The notes under the pieces: generated by a model
The model's input: the letters and a program-made list of their open reading frames with translations, nothing else
The model's database searches: none
Told to the model about the DNA's origin: nothing
Virus record (IMG/VR): IMGVR_UViG_3300010354_000326
Location: 1-32,590 of that record
From: a virus
Taxonomy: Duplodnaviria; Caudoviricetes
Strand: one strand, 5' to 3'
Length of the DNA: 32,590 bases
Position numbers and translations under genes: made by a program
In this document: piece by piece, positions 17,501-26,172 of the stretch
Numbering within the stretch: the first letter of the stretch is position 1
Layout of the letters: each line of letters begins with the position of its first letter

Positions 17501-18709
17501 CTTGCCAATGTTGGCAAGGAGAGCTTTCCAATCATCAGAACTGATCAGACCACTGCCACCACCAACTGCATAGCCGCCACGGGCAAAACCTTCCAAGGCC
17601 GAGCCGATATCAACTGCGCCGCCCATGGACTCGCCATAGTTGTAGTAGTCTTCATCCTCATTTACCGGGCCACCAAGATCACGGCCCTTGCGGGTCGCTT
17701 TCTCGTAGTCAACCGTCTTGTAAAGATTGCCATCAGCGGCAGGAGCCAGACCAACAGCTTCAGGCTTACGCTTTTCAACGTCTTGCGCCATGAGGCCGAT
17801 TTGGGTCCGATCATCGCCATTGTACTTAAAGCTATAGATCGGCAATCCGTCATCGGTTTCACCGATACGGTGGGCATCATGCTTGAGGCGCTTATCAGAA
17901 AAGAACGGCGCAGGCTGTGTCGTAGTCGTAGTCGATCCCGACAACGCACCAGTACCCATGGCAATGTTGGCAAGAAACTGTGCCACTTGGAACGGATAAC
18001 CACGCTCCTGAAGGAACTGTTGATAGCGGGCTGTCAAATCAGCCTGCTGGGTCTGCTGTTCAGCCGTACCTGCCGCCAATTGAGCCTGCGCACCCTGCAA
18101 GGCAGCCTGCTGTGCACCAGTGCCAAGTCCAGCAATCTGTTGACCTGCCTGCATCCGGCGAGCCAAATCCTGCGCCACAACGCCCTGCTGGCCCATGGCG
18201 GTCTGAACAGCCTGACCGTAGCCCTGTTGATAGATAGGTGCCAAAGCCTGAGCCGTGCCCAATGCCTGCTGACGCTGGAGATTGGCACGCTCAAGACCAG
18301 AACGCTCACCAAAAGCAGCACCTGAACGGATAGCCTGCGCCTGCTGCTGAGCCAATTCCTGACCCTGCTGCTGCCGCAATGCAGCATAAGTTGGCGCGGC
18401 AACCGCTTCAGTATAGGGGCTTTCATAGTAGCCAATTTGACCACGGGTTAGAGGCCCAACATCTTGAGCCCCTGCCAATGTCAATCCTGCACCCATGCCA
18501 TAGTATGGCTGCGCTGCCTGTGAGGCTGCGCTTGTGGCAGAAATACCGGCCTGTTGTGTCGGAGTTAAGCCCGCAACAAACTGCCCCGGATAAGCTTGGA
18601 ATGGGGTGGCGGCGACCTGTTCTGCACGGGCATTAACCGCGTTGTACCGGGCAAGTACCTCTGGCGGGATTGATACTGATTGCGTTGAGGTAGATGTCTT
18701 GCCACCCAT
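14537..18709 (-). CDS. Large ejection protein with internal peptidase S74 (intramolecular chaperone) and GH108 muramidase domains
   Basis: Gln/Ala-rich N-terminus. FSDKRLK....IG....GLPIYSFKY.....IGLMAQDVE...PEAV...VDY at about 17700-17905. FEGGY..DTGG.T..GIS...Y...YWD......FDTAVNLG.GR...GW.NR at about 16250-16640. Confidence 0.8.
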   Translation of the reverse strand: MGGKTSTSTQSVSIPPEVLARYNAVNARAEQVAATPFQAYPGQFVAGLTPTQQAGISATSAASQAAQPYYGMGAGLTLAGAQDVGPLTRGQIGYYESPYTEAVAAPTYAALRQQQGQELAQQQAQAIRSGAAFGERSGLERANLQRQQALGTAQALAPIYQQGYGQAVQTAMGQQGVVAQDLARRMQAGQQIAGLGTGAQQAALQGAQAQLAAGTAEQQTQQADLTARYQQFLQERGYPFQVAQFLANIAMGTGALSGSTTTTTQPAPFFSDKRLKHDAHRIGETDDGLPIYSFKYNGDDRTQIGLMAQDVEKRKPEAVGLAPAADGNLYKTVDYEKATRKGRDLGGPVNEDEDYYNYGESMGGAVDIGSALEGFARGGYAVGGGSGLISSDDWKALLANIGKPIGAYGQDQALGKGAPFASQSYIDPGKVQGPGKLATAGGLPSQSQKAGLSQAMDIGKQAQQTYQMGKGLLVGSAPTKDDPEGASGLLGGQGKLSGKNVFQQAKDWWNTPAEGAATGGLIVPRHAYEDGGDVIPGVEDEDTQMPAGEVNPAGVPSSGFAEGVLESGKRSNDLAVAKGGPGGGGQSGASGILGAAKDVAGLYGLGKGLYSMASGAGSFLAGLPFFVAHGGAINPYAYGGLVPREHHQAGEEVGTDTAPVSLFERPVERREEPAPQQERGLAVREEAPRGNFNDALRRTLQFEGGYTVDTGGPTMKGISSRANPDVDLDRVAKDPEYTANIYKTRYWDPIGADKMEPRMAQVAFDTAVNLGVGRTQQLLKQAEGDPEKLLALRQQHYNDLIARDPETYGKYGRGWSNRVQTLAKEAGLAVPEMAAPPSGSARRPGYGLSLPETYSGVPARQASLGDVAGEVLPKGIPTESSFWVPALGFLGSMLSSRSPFLGAAIGEGLVGGVSAYQAEKKQQMELARDLRAMFDERFVEGKIPSDPATYGANAGKRGFWDKKSQSWFTPEQVNDGKRGMARDLGIPPSYLGVPRAPTRPLTPVEAQRQPQEAQPSATTQTPATTAETPATTAGAPATTTAAPDQTQQKQQQIVSVVGTDKPQDVLEMGPAQLINRIKEGGDSAYVAAGLTGTNDPRPLERELTTVRNRIEEVRRSEVPGSEAELARLTTAAAELDKRIGEKYQLGIAKQLEINQEDLKMKSMELKDYRAEVMKRQQQYQTTRQSFVELADLFSKFMANRTAPWKAELQSWAKGFGLEGVLPEGWDTGSFDKAIKLAYEAAFKKVADSSMVRAPATSLREANLTVPEPSRDPAALFSIIGGTIGEMDFVHSRDRAFMGSKSRDPVGFNYEYEGKTDVVPFKAAAYSEIPFSRGMSQSEEREAMRRYKFIPKSVDPETVGEVRYMGNIGIVRRIDPETNKAEYYYFKKGRQ

Positions 18710-18714
18710 CCCAA

Positions 18715-19218
18715 TTACTCCGCAGCGGCCTGCGCATCAGCCTCAAGGCCAGTGCGGGCATTATAAAGGAAAAACGCGCCAGATGGTTCGCCAAACTGAC
18801 GCTCGTAGAGCTTGATTTTGCCCTTGGTCCGGTGATTTGAGAGAACGCCAATGATCAAGGGGAGCCCCAATTGGTCCGAGACTAGTTTGGTAAACTCACA
18901 CAACCTACGCGCTCTGCCCCCCTTAGCTGAACGGTAGTCAGGGTGGATGAAAATCGCCTTTTCTTCCACGACCTTATCGTCAGAGTACCACATGGTGCCT
19001 AATCTGAGAAGAACAGCACCCTCTAAGATGCCATTTTCACCCTCAATTATGCCAACCAATCCATTTTCCAGATTTAACGCCGTCCATATTTCAGCCAACA
19101 GCTTTTCAGGATTAGGATTTACAAACCCATTTTCCTCACAAGCAGCTAAGGCCAAGTCCATCATGGGATGGACATCTTCTGGCGTTCCGGCCCGTACTCC
19201 TAAATCGTTCTTGAACAT
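18715..19218 (-). CDS. GNAT-like protein in the virion module
   Basis: VRAGTPEDV start and FIHPDYRSAKGGRARRL (motif A-like); sits between tail and ejection genes. Confidence 0.65.
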   Translation of the reverse strand: MFKNDLGVRAGTPEDVHPMMDLALAACEENGFVNPNPEKLLAEIWTALNLENGLVGIIEGENGILEGAVLLRLGTMWYSDDKVVEEKAIFIHPDYRSAKGGRARRLCEFTKLVSDQLGLPLIIGVLSNHRTKGKIKLYERQFGEPSGAFFLYNARTGLEADAQAAAE

Positions 19219-19230
19219 GGACTTCCCCTC

Positions 19231-19839
19231 TTAGTCCTTCTTGGGTCCGGGGAGCTTTTGCAGGGTCTTCACGGTCTTGGCCCGCATTTTTTTGACAAAT
19301 GCGTCCAATTCCTTGTGACCATGATCCATATCCCCATCCCCCATGGCAGTTACCACTTCCGGCGGAATGACATATTCCCCGCCAGCGGCAACAATCGGCA
19401 CCAGTTCACCGGCAAAGCCGCCAGCTGCATAAGCCTGCGGGATGCCGCCGTACTGTTTAGTGATATCATTGAAAATCTTGAACCCCGCCATGGTATTGCC
19501 CTCACCCATGGCAGAAATGATGTCAGCCGGAATCACATACGAGCCCGATGGCACGTGCATAGGCAAGTGATCAGTGCGGCCTGCCACGGCACTATGAATA
19601 GGCCCGACATGAGGCTTGATTCGGGGAGACTGAGGCTTCAGGCTGCCGATTTTACCGGGCTTCATGCCCTGAACGGTCGTCGTAGTCTTTGTCGTTCCCA
19701 TGCCACCAAACGCCCGGTTGGCGCGGCGAGCTGTTTCTAAAGCAATGGCAATTGCCTGCTTTTGAGGACGGCCAGAGTGAACCAGCTCACTAATGTTGGA
19801 GCTAACGGTCTTTTGGGATGAGCCTTTTTTTAGGGGCAT
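19231..19839 (-). CDS. Hypothetical virion-associated protein
   Basis: MPLKKG.S...NI.E....GRPQKQA.AIAL N-terminal module plus two G.YVIP repeats. Confidence 0.75.
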   Translation of the reverse strand: MPLKKGSSQKTVSSNISELVHSGRPQKQAIAIALETARRANRAFGGMGTTKTTTTVQGMKPGKIGSLKPQSPRIKPHVGPIHSAVAGRTDHLPMHVPSGSYVIPADIISAMGEGNTMAGFKIFNDITKQYGGIPQAYAAGGFAGELVPIVAAGGEYVIPPEVVTAMGDGDMDHGHKELDAFVKKMRAKTVKTLQKLPGPKKD

Positions 19840-19841
19840 GG

Positions 19842-21134
19842 TTACACCGTCAGGTTGTAGAAGGAGATGGAACCCGTGCCAGAACCAGTCGGGCTGTTGT
19901 TCAAACCACGAACACCCAAGGTATAAGTATCACTAGTGCCAAATCCGTTGCCACTGAGTGACGCTGTGTATCCTATTTGGATGTCGAAGTTATATCCCGT
20001 TGGCACAATAGCAGTGTCTGTCGCTTGTGCGCTTTGAGCGGAAAATGATGTTTGAATAATATTGTCCACTGTTGCTGTCATAGCAGTCGCTGCCAAATCA
20101 ACATCAACTTGACCAGAAGAAAGAGCTGCGCCAGCCCACGTTGCTCCAGTCAATGTTGCATTTCGCACAAGGACAATCTCATAGCCAGTCGATCCACTGG
20201 CAGTCGGATGAAACAAAATGCCCTGCGGGATTACGATGGCTCCGTAGTAACTTGAATTTACCCTGATTGAAACCAAAGGCGTAAATGTGAGATTTGTATT
20301 GTTGGCGATTGTCACGCCGTCATCAGTGCGGCGAGCCGTAAATATCTGCGATGTTTGCTCATATCCACCTTCAGATTGCACAGAAGAACAGATCATCTGA
20401 AGCGTAGATGCAGATGCTGTTGCTCCTGTGTTGGTAATTTCAAACCGCAGCGGCAGAATAGCTGTTTGCATATACACGGAAGTGCCAATGTTGGCATTCT
20501 GAAACGTATGGCAAACAACAAATTGGCCGTTGATGACGAAGCCGCAGCGGACGTTTCCAACCCCTAGCCATTCAAAATCAAACCAAAGGATTTGAGTCTT
20601 TGTTAGATCAAGAGTCACACCTGACGGACCTGTTCCGTTTAACTTGTCGCCGTTCCAATTAGCCTGCGCCACATAACGAGTGCTATCGACTGAGCCGCCA
20701 GTGTAGGTGCGGATGACGAACGTGACACCGTTCGGTCCTTGCTCAAGATAAACACCGTTGTAGGCACTATAATACCCGACGCGCTGCGTTAGATTTGTCT
20801 TAGCCGCAGCCATAGTGAACGTTTGAAGCGTCAAAAGGCCCTTACCCGGCTGGTATGGGAAGACACGGAATGTCTGAGCCAGAACCGTTGATCCAGATGC
20901 CGTAGTAACGGCAAGATCGACAGAAGACTTGTTTGTATTATAGGTCGTCGTCCCGCCTGTTGCAGTGACATAGCTGTACTGCGTATCAGCGGCAAACCGA
21001 CTTTGGCTGTCAAACAAGGTGTATGGCGATGTCACGCGCAGACGACCGAAAGCGTCAACAGTTGATCCGCCAAACTGTGCATAAAACGCATTATTTACTG
21101 TCGATCCATAGGGAGGATAAACGGTGATAGTCAT
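19842..21134 (-). CDS. Beta-rich structural / putative receptor-binding protein
   Basis: 430 aa; DAFGRLRV..P.TLFD, YQPGK, Q..WN.D, D.EWLGVG.VR.G motifs of a recurrent phage lectin-like protein. Confidence 0.65.
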   Translation of the reverse strand: MTITVYPPYGSTVNNAFYAQFGGSTVDAFGRLRVTSPYTLFDSQSRFAADTQYSYVTATGGTTTYNTNKSSVDLAVTTASGSTVLAQTFRVFPYQPGKGLLTLQTFTMAAAKTNLTQRVGYYSAYNGVYLEQGPNGVTFVIRTYTGGSVDSTRYVAQANWNGDKLNGTGPSGVTLDLTKTQILWFDFEWLGVGNVRCGFVINGQFVVCHTFQNANIGTSVYMQTAILPLRFEITNTGATASASTLQMICSSVQSEGGYEQTSQIFTARRTDDGVTIANNTNLTFTPLVSIRVNSSYYGAIVIPQGILFHPTASGSTGYEIVLVRNATLTGATWAGAALSSGQVDVDLAATAMTATVDNIIQTSFSAQSAQATDTAIVPTGYNFDIQIGYTASLSGNGFGTSDTYTLGVRGLNNSPTGSGTGSISFYNLTV

Positions 21135-21550
21135 CAGCCCGGTCCCCCACCGATCTTGATTGTCACACTAGCAGACGAGGCGTAAGCGGCAACAAACCCG
21201 CCAGCCGTTAGAACTTGCTGACCAGTCCACTGCACAGTCGTATTCCCATTGATTGGAGCAGCGTAAAACAAAGCATTGCTGGCTCCGGCAGTTCCGCCCT
21301 GTGGCACCAACGAAATATAAAATGTAGCAGGCGTGGCTGATGTATTGCAGATTTCAATGTCTACAATCGCCATCTGTTGGCCTGTTGGAACAGTATAGAG
21401 AGTTGAATATGTACCAGTGCCAGCCGCGCCAGAAGCTAACGGCCTGCCTTTCACATACGCATAGAGGCCAGCCATGGAAATGTTGATGCCGTTGATTGCA
21501 ACAACACCATTTTTCTGGGCTGTAAGGATGTCATCAAGACTTGCAGCCAT
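21134..21550 (-). CDS. Small structural protein
   Basis: Start MAASLDD overlaps the upstream stop (TGATG); TLYTVP....I.ICN beta-sandwich motif. Confidence 0.65.
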   Translation of the reverse strand: MAASLDDILTAQKNGVVAINGINISMAGLYAYVKGRPLASGAAGTGTYSTLYTVPTGQQMAIVDIEICNTSATPATFYISLVPQGGTAGASNALFYAAPINGNTTVQWTGQQVLTAGGFVAAYASSASVTIKIGGGPG

Positions 21551-23643
21551 CAGAACCGTCCATCTGGTTGCAGGCGATACCTGAAGTTTCCAAGACGCCA
21601 CCATGAACCGATGTCGTTGCTCTCAATCCTGATTGAGACAAGACGGCCACGGAAACGCGGGGTGATGAAGGTTGTAGCCTGTGTCAAAGTGAAGGGGCCA
21701 TACGCTATCGGCGTGTCACCGGGGTAATCCGTGACATAGAATGTCAGCAGAATATTTGCACCCTGCGAGCCGCCAAAATAGCCCCACTTCATGTCAGGCC
21801 ATACTTGGTCGATAAACGTCTTCACATCAGCTTCCGACAACACAAAATAGCCAGTCTGGAAGTAGCTATTCATTGCTGTGCCATCAGCATCTGGCGAGGT
21901 TTCATGCTGATAAATATATGTGTTCAACCCAGCGCCAATCGGCGGCCCAAGCACTGATTCATTGATCCATGCGGACCGTGCCACGTACGGATTGGCTGTG
22001 CTGTTGAAGCCATAATCCCACTGATCAAGGACGATGTTGTACTTCACATAGCCTTCATTCTCGCCACCATTACTGATGGTTGGGAAATACCATGTAATTT
22101 CGCCAAAACGACTGTTGGGGGCGATACGGATTTTGTCCAAGTTACTTGTATCAAGGTCTTGGAACACCACATCCCATACAGGACAACGGATTGGCTCAAC
22201 ACCGCCATTTGCAAGCCTAAAGAATTGGCTTTGTCCCATCCAATAGACCACACCCCCGATGGAACTAGCAGCTTTGCGACCGATCAAGCCACACCCAGTA
22301 CCAAGTTCATTGAACTGATAGACATAGGGTGGCCCCGCATATTGCATGGCCCAAACGCCCAAGTCAGTCCAAATCAAACCCTGTTGCGGGCCTTGAATGC
22401 ACTGAACGATCCGCGATCCTTTTGGGATGCGATAGCTACCTGCCTGATTAGTAATAGCGGCAATCCATTGAGTGTAGTCGTTAACATCACACCAGCGGAT
22501 CAAAAGAGGGTCTTTGATACCAGTGAACGTTGATCCCCATGCGATGATCTGGCGCTGTGGCATAGCTACAAACATGCCATCATTAACTGGCGGAGCATTT
22601 GCGATCACAAGCGCAACAGGGTCGCCGTTAGTAGGATTCCACGTGTAGATAGCGCCATTCAACGGGCACGCAACCAGCGTTTCACCCCAATTGTCCAGTG
22701 TCCAATCTGAGGCATTGATCGGCGTTCCTGTTCCTGTAACGGGAGGGATACCCGTGCCATATGCGCCGCCACCATACGGACCCACGCCAAACCCTGTACC
22801 CCCGGCAAGAGGTCCAATCCCGTTGTAATACAGGAATCTAACATCACCGGCGTTTTCAAACGCATTTGCGGTAGATGATGCTGACGTTGATGCTGAAATA
22901 ACAAATACGCTGGACGAGGTAACACTAACGACACGGTAATTGCCATATAACGTGACACCGCCAACAGACGTAGCAACCAAAATTGGGAATGTGTCTCCAA
23001 TAGACAGGCCGTGATTTGCCAATGTCACATCTACAAAATCACTGCCATTTGTGGTGTCAAATTCTGCCACAGCGCCGCCATTTGCGACCGTTGCTGTAGC
23101 GTAGGCCGGTTCGCCAAAAATATCTTTGGCGTAGATGGTGTATGTATTGGCTGAACCGCCGGGATTGCTGATTGGATATAATCCAAACAAAACAAGTCCG
23201 CCCACGCTTACTTGTGTTTGAATGTATACCACATCGTAACTGTCTGCATTGCGGCCTGTGTCGGTGACAAGCACCGCACTGCTACCCGCCGTGGTAGTAA
23301 AATCAACTGTGACGTTTACGGTCGTCGTTTGCGGCGTGATATCATTAACCGTGTTTGATTGAATGATCTCTAGCGCACCTCCGCCACCCGCCGGGACACC
23401 TTCAGCACCTACTGCCAAATAGGAGTTGGCATTAGTATCTTCCCAAGCCCAAAGACAGCGGACGATAGAGCCAATTTGGCTTGAGAAATACTTCGTCCAG
23501 CCTCCAAGCTTCTGAACCAAGCCACCAATAGTCCGGTCAGGAATAAACCTAACCAGCTGGCTTTCAGAAATAGCTGCTTCGTTCAAAGCAGGCGTTTTAT
23601 TTTGATCAACGCCGGGAAGAAGCTTGAGGCTCTGATGCGGCAT
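21550..23643 (-). CDS. Tail hub / DNA stabilisation protein (P22 gp10-like)
   Basis: 697 aa beta-propeller-like; W.LDNWGE.L, DPLLIRWCD, NQAGS.R, VYWMG...F, PRFRGR..S.RIES...WRLG..R...PDGR; follows the adaptor gene. Confidence 0.75.
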   Translation of the reverse strand: MPHQSLKLLPGVDQNKTPALNEAAISESQLVRFIPDRTIGGLVQKLGGWTKYFSSQIGSIVRCLWAWEDTNANSYLAVGAEGVPAGGGGALEIIQSNTVNDITPQTTTVNVTVDFTTTAGSSAVLVTDTGRNADSYDVVYIQTQVSVGGLVLFGLYPISNPGGSANTYTIYAKDIFGEPAYATATVANGGAVAEFDTTNGSDFVDVTLANHGLSIGDTFPILVATSVGGVTLYGNYRVVSVTSSSVFVISASTSASSTANAFENAGDVRFLYYNGIGPLAGGTGFGVGPYGGGAYGTGIPPVTGTGTPINASDWTLDNWGETLVACPLNGAIYTWNPTNGDPVALVIANAPPVNDGMFVAMPQRQIIAWGSTFTGIKDPLLIRWCDVNDYTQWIAAITNQAGSYRIPKGSRIVQCIQGPQQGLIWTDLGVWAMQYAGPPYVYQFNELGTGCGLIGRKAASSIGGVVYWMGQSQFFRLANGGVEPIRCPVWDVVFQDLDTSNLDKIRIAPNSRFGEITWYFPTISNGGENEGYVKYNIVLDQWDYGFNSTANPYVARSAWINESVLGPPIGAGLNTYIYQHETSPDADGTAMNSYFQTGYFVLSEADVKTFIDQVWPDMKWGYFGGSQGANILLTFYVTDYPGDTPIAYGPFTLTQATTFITPRFRGRLVSIRIESNDIGSWWRLGNFRYRLQPDGRF

Positions 23644-23646
23644 TGA

Positions 23647-24381
23647 TTACCTCGTCGGCGTGGCAACGACAGACGGCGACTGCGACGACCAAGCCGCAGC
23701 TTCGAACTTCTTGCGGTTTTCTTCCATCATGGCCGACTTCAGAAGCGCCTGATACTGGCTCTCATACGTCACAGCCATTTGCGGATCATCATTGGCGCGG
23801 CCAAAGTTGCGCTGATAGGCGCTGATGTAGATCATAGATGCCATGATGAAAAGGTCAGGCATATACAAACTGATGAAAGTCGTAGTGTTCGTCGCAGATA
23901 AACTATCAGGACGATAAGTTCCCACGATTTCGCAAGTGTAGCTCTGATCCGGGTATGGACCTACCAAGAAGGTATAGTCATCAAACGGACAGAAATACTT
24001 TGGAACGCCCCGATTGGCTACTGCCCCCGACCCATACACCGCATCAAGAAATTCTTTAGTCGTTGGCAGGAGTGGAGTGCGTGTTGCCAAATCAGGGTTA
24101 GACGATCCGACAAGGACATTGATTTGCTCCGGTACAACAAATGTGCCTGACGGGACGGCAAGCTGACGGTTGCCGGTAGTCAGCCCATATGCGGTTGTTG
24201 CGATTGAAGTGAACAAGAAGTCCAGATCACGGTACATACGATTTTCCGCATAGGTGATCATCTGCGGCAAAATCGTCAAATAAGCCGGGTCCGTCTCAGA
24301 CACCACTGCCATGGTGGCAATCTGCGTGACATAGCTGTTCGTGCCAGCTACCGATCCGTCATATGACAGCCCTGTCGTCAT
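23647..24381 (-). CDS. Head-tail adaptor (P22 gp4-like)
   Basis: I.YAENR.YRDL, G.PKYF, GP.PD..Y..E, PDL....S, YE..YQ; directly upstream of the gp10-like gene. Confidence 0.7.
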   Translation of the reverse strand: MTTGLSYDGSVAGTNSYVTQIATMAVVSETDPAYLTILPQMITYAENRMYRDLDFLFTSIATTAYGLTTGNRQLAVPSGTFVVPEQINVLVGSSNPDLATRTPLLPTTKEFLDAVYGSGAVANRGVPKYFCPFDDYTFLVGPYPDQSYTCEIVGTYRPDSLSATNTTTFISLYMPDLFIMASMIYISAYQRNFGRANDDPQMAVTYESQYQALLKSAMMEENRKKFEAAAWSSQSPSVVATPTR

Positions 24382-24415
24382 GGGGAAGCTCCGTTACCCC
24401 CTTGTTTTACCACCT

Positions 24416-24937
24416 TTAAGCGTTCTTTGCCATCTCAGCAGCTTTTTCTTCAACCTCTGCCACGCGGCGTCCCCAGCCCTTGCCAAAGGTATCCCAAGTT
24501 GGCAGAGCTTTTAAGAACTCAAGGCGCATACCGCACATGGCATCAACCATCTCATCAGGCGGACAATCCTTGATAGCAGCCAATGATTTAGGGCCGATAA
24601 TGCCATCAGAGGGTACGCCAGCAATTGACTGGAGATACTTGGCAGCCCGTCCGACCCCGCTATTTACAGCAAGATCATAAGCAGCATAGTCCACACCAGA
24701 AGGCAGATCGTCAGCCTTAATGCGATCCCAATAACGGGATTTGTAGAACGGCTTGACGATCTCCGGGGTAAGACCGCGCATGGTCGCTTCGTCCACTTCA
24801 TGGCCGACATACTCCTCCCATGCCCGCTTGGTCACGCCGAGGTTCGTCATGCCGCCGGGGTCTTTTGGATGATTTACAAAGCCCCCCTCATGCTTCAGGA
24901 CCATTTCAAAACATTTGTCCCAATTCTCTTTTGCCAT
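24416..24937 (-). CDS. Endolysin, glycoside hydrolase family 108 with peptidoglycan-binding C-terminus
   Basis: HEGGFVNHPKDPGGMTNLGVT, Y..RYWD, D.AVNSG..RA, DGIIGPKSL, FGKGW.RR. Confidence 0.93.
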   Translation of the reverse strand: MAKENWDKCFEMVLKHEGGFVNHPKDPGGMTNLGVTKRAWEEYVGHEVDEATMRGLTPEIVKPFYKSRYWDRIKADDLPSGVDYAAYDLAVNSGVGRAAKYLQSIAGVPSDGIIGPKSLAAIKDCPPDEMVDAMCGMRLEFLKALPTWDTFGKGWGRRVAEVEEKAAEMAKNA

Positions 24938-24938
24938 G

Positions 24939-25463
24939 TCACTTATCCTTTGTGGCAAGGAGGTTGTTCTTCTCCTTAGACCCGGCGCTGGAGCCGTAAT
25001 AGAAGTTGATTACGCCCGTCCAAGCCGTGCCAAGGGCACCGAGCATCATCAGGAGGGCTTCTGTCCCGGTCTGGGGCATCCCTTTCATCAGCATCCATAC
25101 TAGAATGCCAAAGAATCCGACCGTGATGAGAAGGGCCAGCATACGAGGGACCCAGTCTTGGGTAGCTGTCTGCATCTTTCTGGCGCTGTCACGATCATTT
25201 GCCGCGATCCGCTCAAGATCAATGTCTAGTTCTTTCATCCGAATCTTAAATTCGGCGTCAATTTGCTTGAGCTGGGCTAATGTCTCTGGCGAGGCATTTT
25301 CCAGTGCCGCCTTCACATCGTCTTCAGTGCCGGTTTCATGGCCCAAAAGCACATTGGAAAGGGTCTTAACCGCCATCCCCGCCAGAGGACCGCCAAGGGC
25401 AGTGGCAAGTGTAGGAGCTACCTGACCCAGCAGCGGGCCGAATGCTTTAAGAAGGTCCATCAC
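24939..25463 (-). CDS. Putative holin (3TM-type)
   Basis: APTLATALGGPLAG, DRDSAR, two C-terminal TM helices and FYYGSS; adjacent to the endolysin. Confidence 0.72.
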   Translation of the reverse strand: MMDLLKAFGPLLGQVAPTLATALGGPLAGMAVKTLSNVLLGHETGTEDDVKAALENASPETLAQLKQIDAEFKIRMKELDIDLERIAANDRDSARKMQTATQDWVPRMLALLITVGFFGILVWMLMKGMPQTGTEALLMMLGALGTAWTGVINFYYGSSAGSKEKNNLLATKDK

Positions 25464-25927
25464 TTAGCCTCCACTCTGAATGTCAGGTTTTTATGGTCTG
25501 GATAGGAAATGATGACATTCCCCTCCGGGCATTTATAACTGATCCGTGCTAGAAGTTTAGCCTCCCCGGCAGCAACCTTTTCAGGCGATTCAATCGTCAT
25601 TGTGTAGCCAAGCTTATCCACGTTGTGACTGGCTGGCCCGGAAAACTTGACCACAGAAGGCGTTGCACGGTGAACAATATAGTTGGCATCCCTGACCTCT
25701 AAGGTGAAGTCTTCAACTAAACAGTCGTCTCTGATTTTCTGTCGAGCTACGATCACCCGGAAAGGCTCATGCGCTGGACCATTTGATATTTGAAAATGTT
25801 CCGCATCCCACTTCAGGATGTCTTTCTTCATCCACCCGAACTTATCGACCAACGCATAGCCACCGCCAACCGCACTCATTACGGCGGTTACAACAGCTAT
25901 AGGTTTGGTGATGTTGTCATAGTCCAT
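25460..25927 (-). CDS. Membrane-anchored hypothetical protein in the lysis region
   Basis: N-terminal TM segment followed by a beta domain with two Cys. Confidence 0.6.
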   Translation of the reverse strand: MDYDNITKPIAVVTAVMSAVGGGYALVDKFGWMKKDILKWDAEHFQISNGPAHEPFRVIVARQKIRDDCLVEDFTLEVRDANYIVHRATPSVVKFSGPASHNVDKLGYTMTIESPEKVAAGEAKLLARISYKCPEGNVIISYPDHKNLTFRVEAK

Positions 25928-26171
25928 TCTTGTCAGCCTTGCGCTTTTCTAGGCTGTCCACCTTATCAAAAATCTGACGGCAGATGTCTTTTAACTCCTT
26001 AATGCCTTCTTGGAACTCGTCCCGGCGGATATAATTGCTGGGCAAATCAACCTCCAGCTTATGGATGTCGTTCCTAAGCTCTTTGACAGCTCCCCAAATT
26101 TCACGGGCGAACCACCCACCACCAGCCAATATGATGCCAAAAGCCGCATTGATGAGTGTCTGCCCGTCCAT
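25917..26171 (-). CDS. Small TM + coiled-coil protein (lysis-cassette type)
   Basis: MDGQTLIN...GGWF...LP..Y.RRDEF.....IFDK.D...K.DK; start at ATG 26171. Confidence 0.65.
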   Translation of the reverse strand: MDGQTLINAAFGIILAGGGWFAREIWGAVKELRNDIHKLEVDLPSNYIRRDEFQEGIKELKDICRQIFDKVDSLEKRKADKNGL

Positions 26172-26172
26172 G

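Noticed and set aside
11992-18815. Numerous plus-strand ORFs of 70-280 aa opposite the ejection genes
   Set aside because: Antisense shadows of long coding genes with no recognisable motifs.
21630-21665. Partial self-match of the decoded unit 66-119 to the tail hub gene
   Set aside because: Only 5 of 10 dinucleotides match in a gapped reading, which is compatible with chance. A systematic self-target search could not be done by hand.
24382-24415. Possible late promoter (TGGTAAAAC on minus) before the adaptor gene
   Set aside because: No convincing -35 and I did not find the motif repeated elsewhere; too weak to call.
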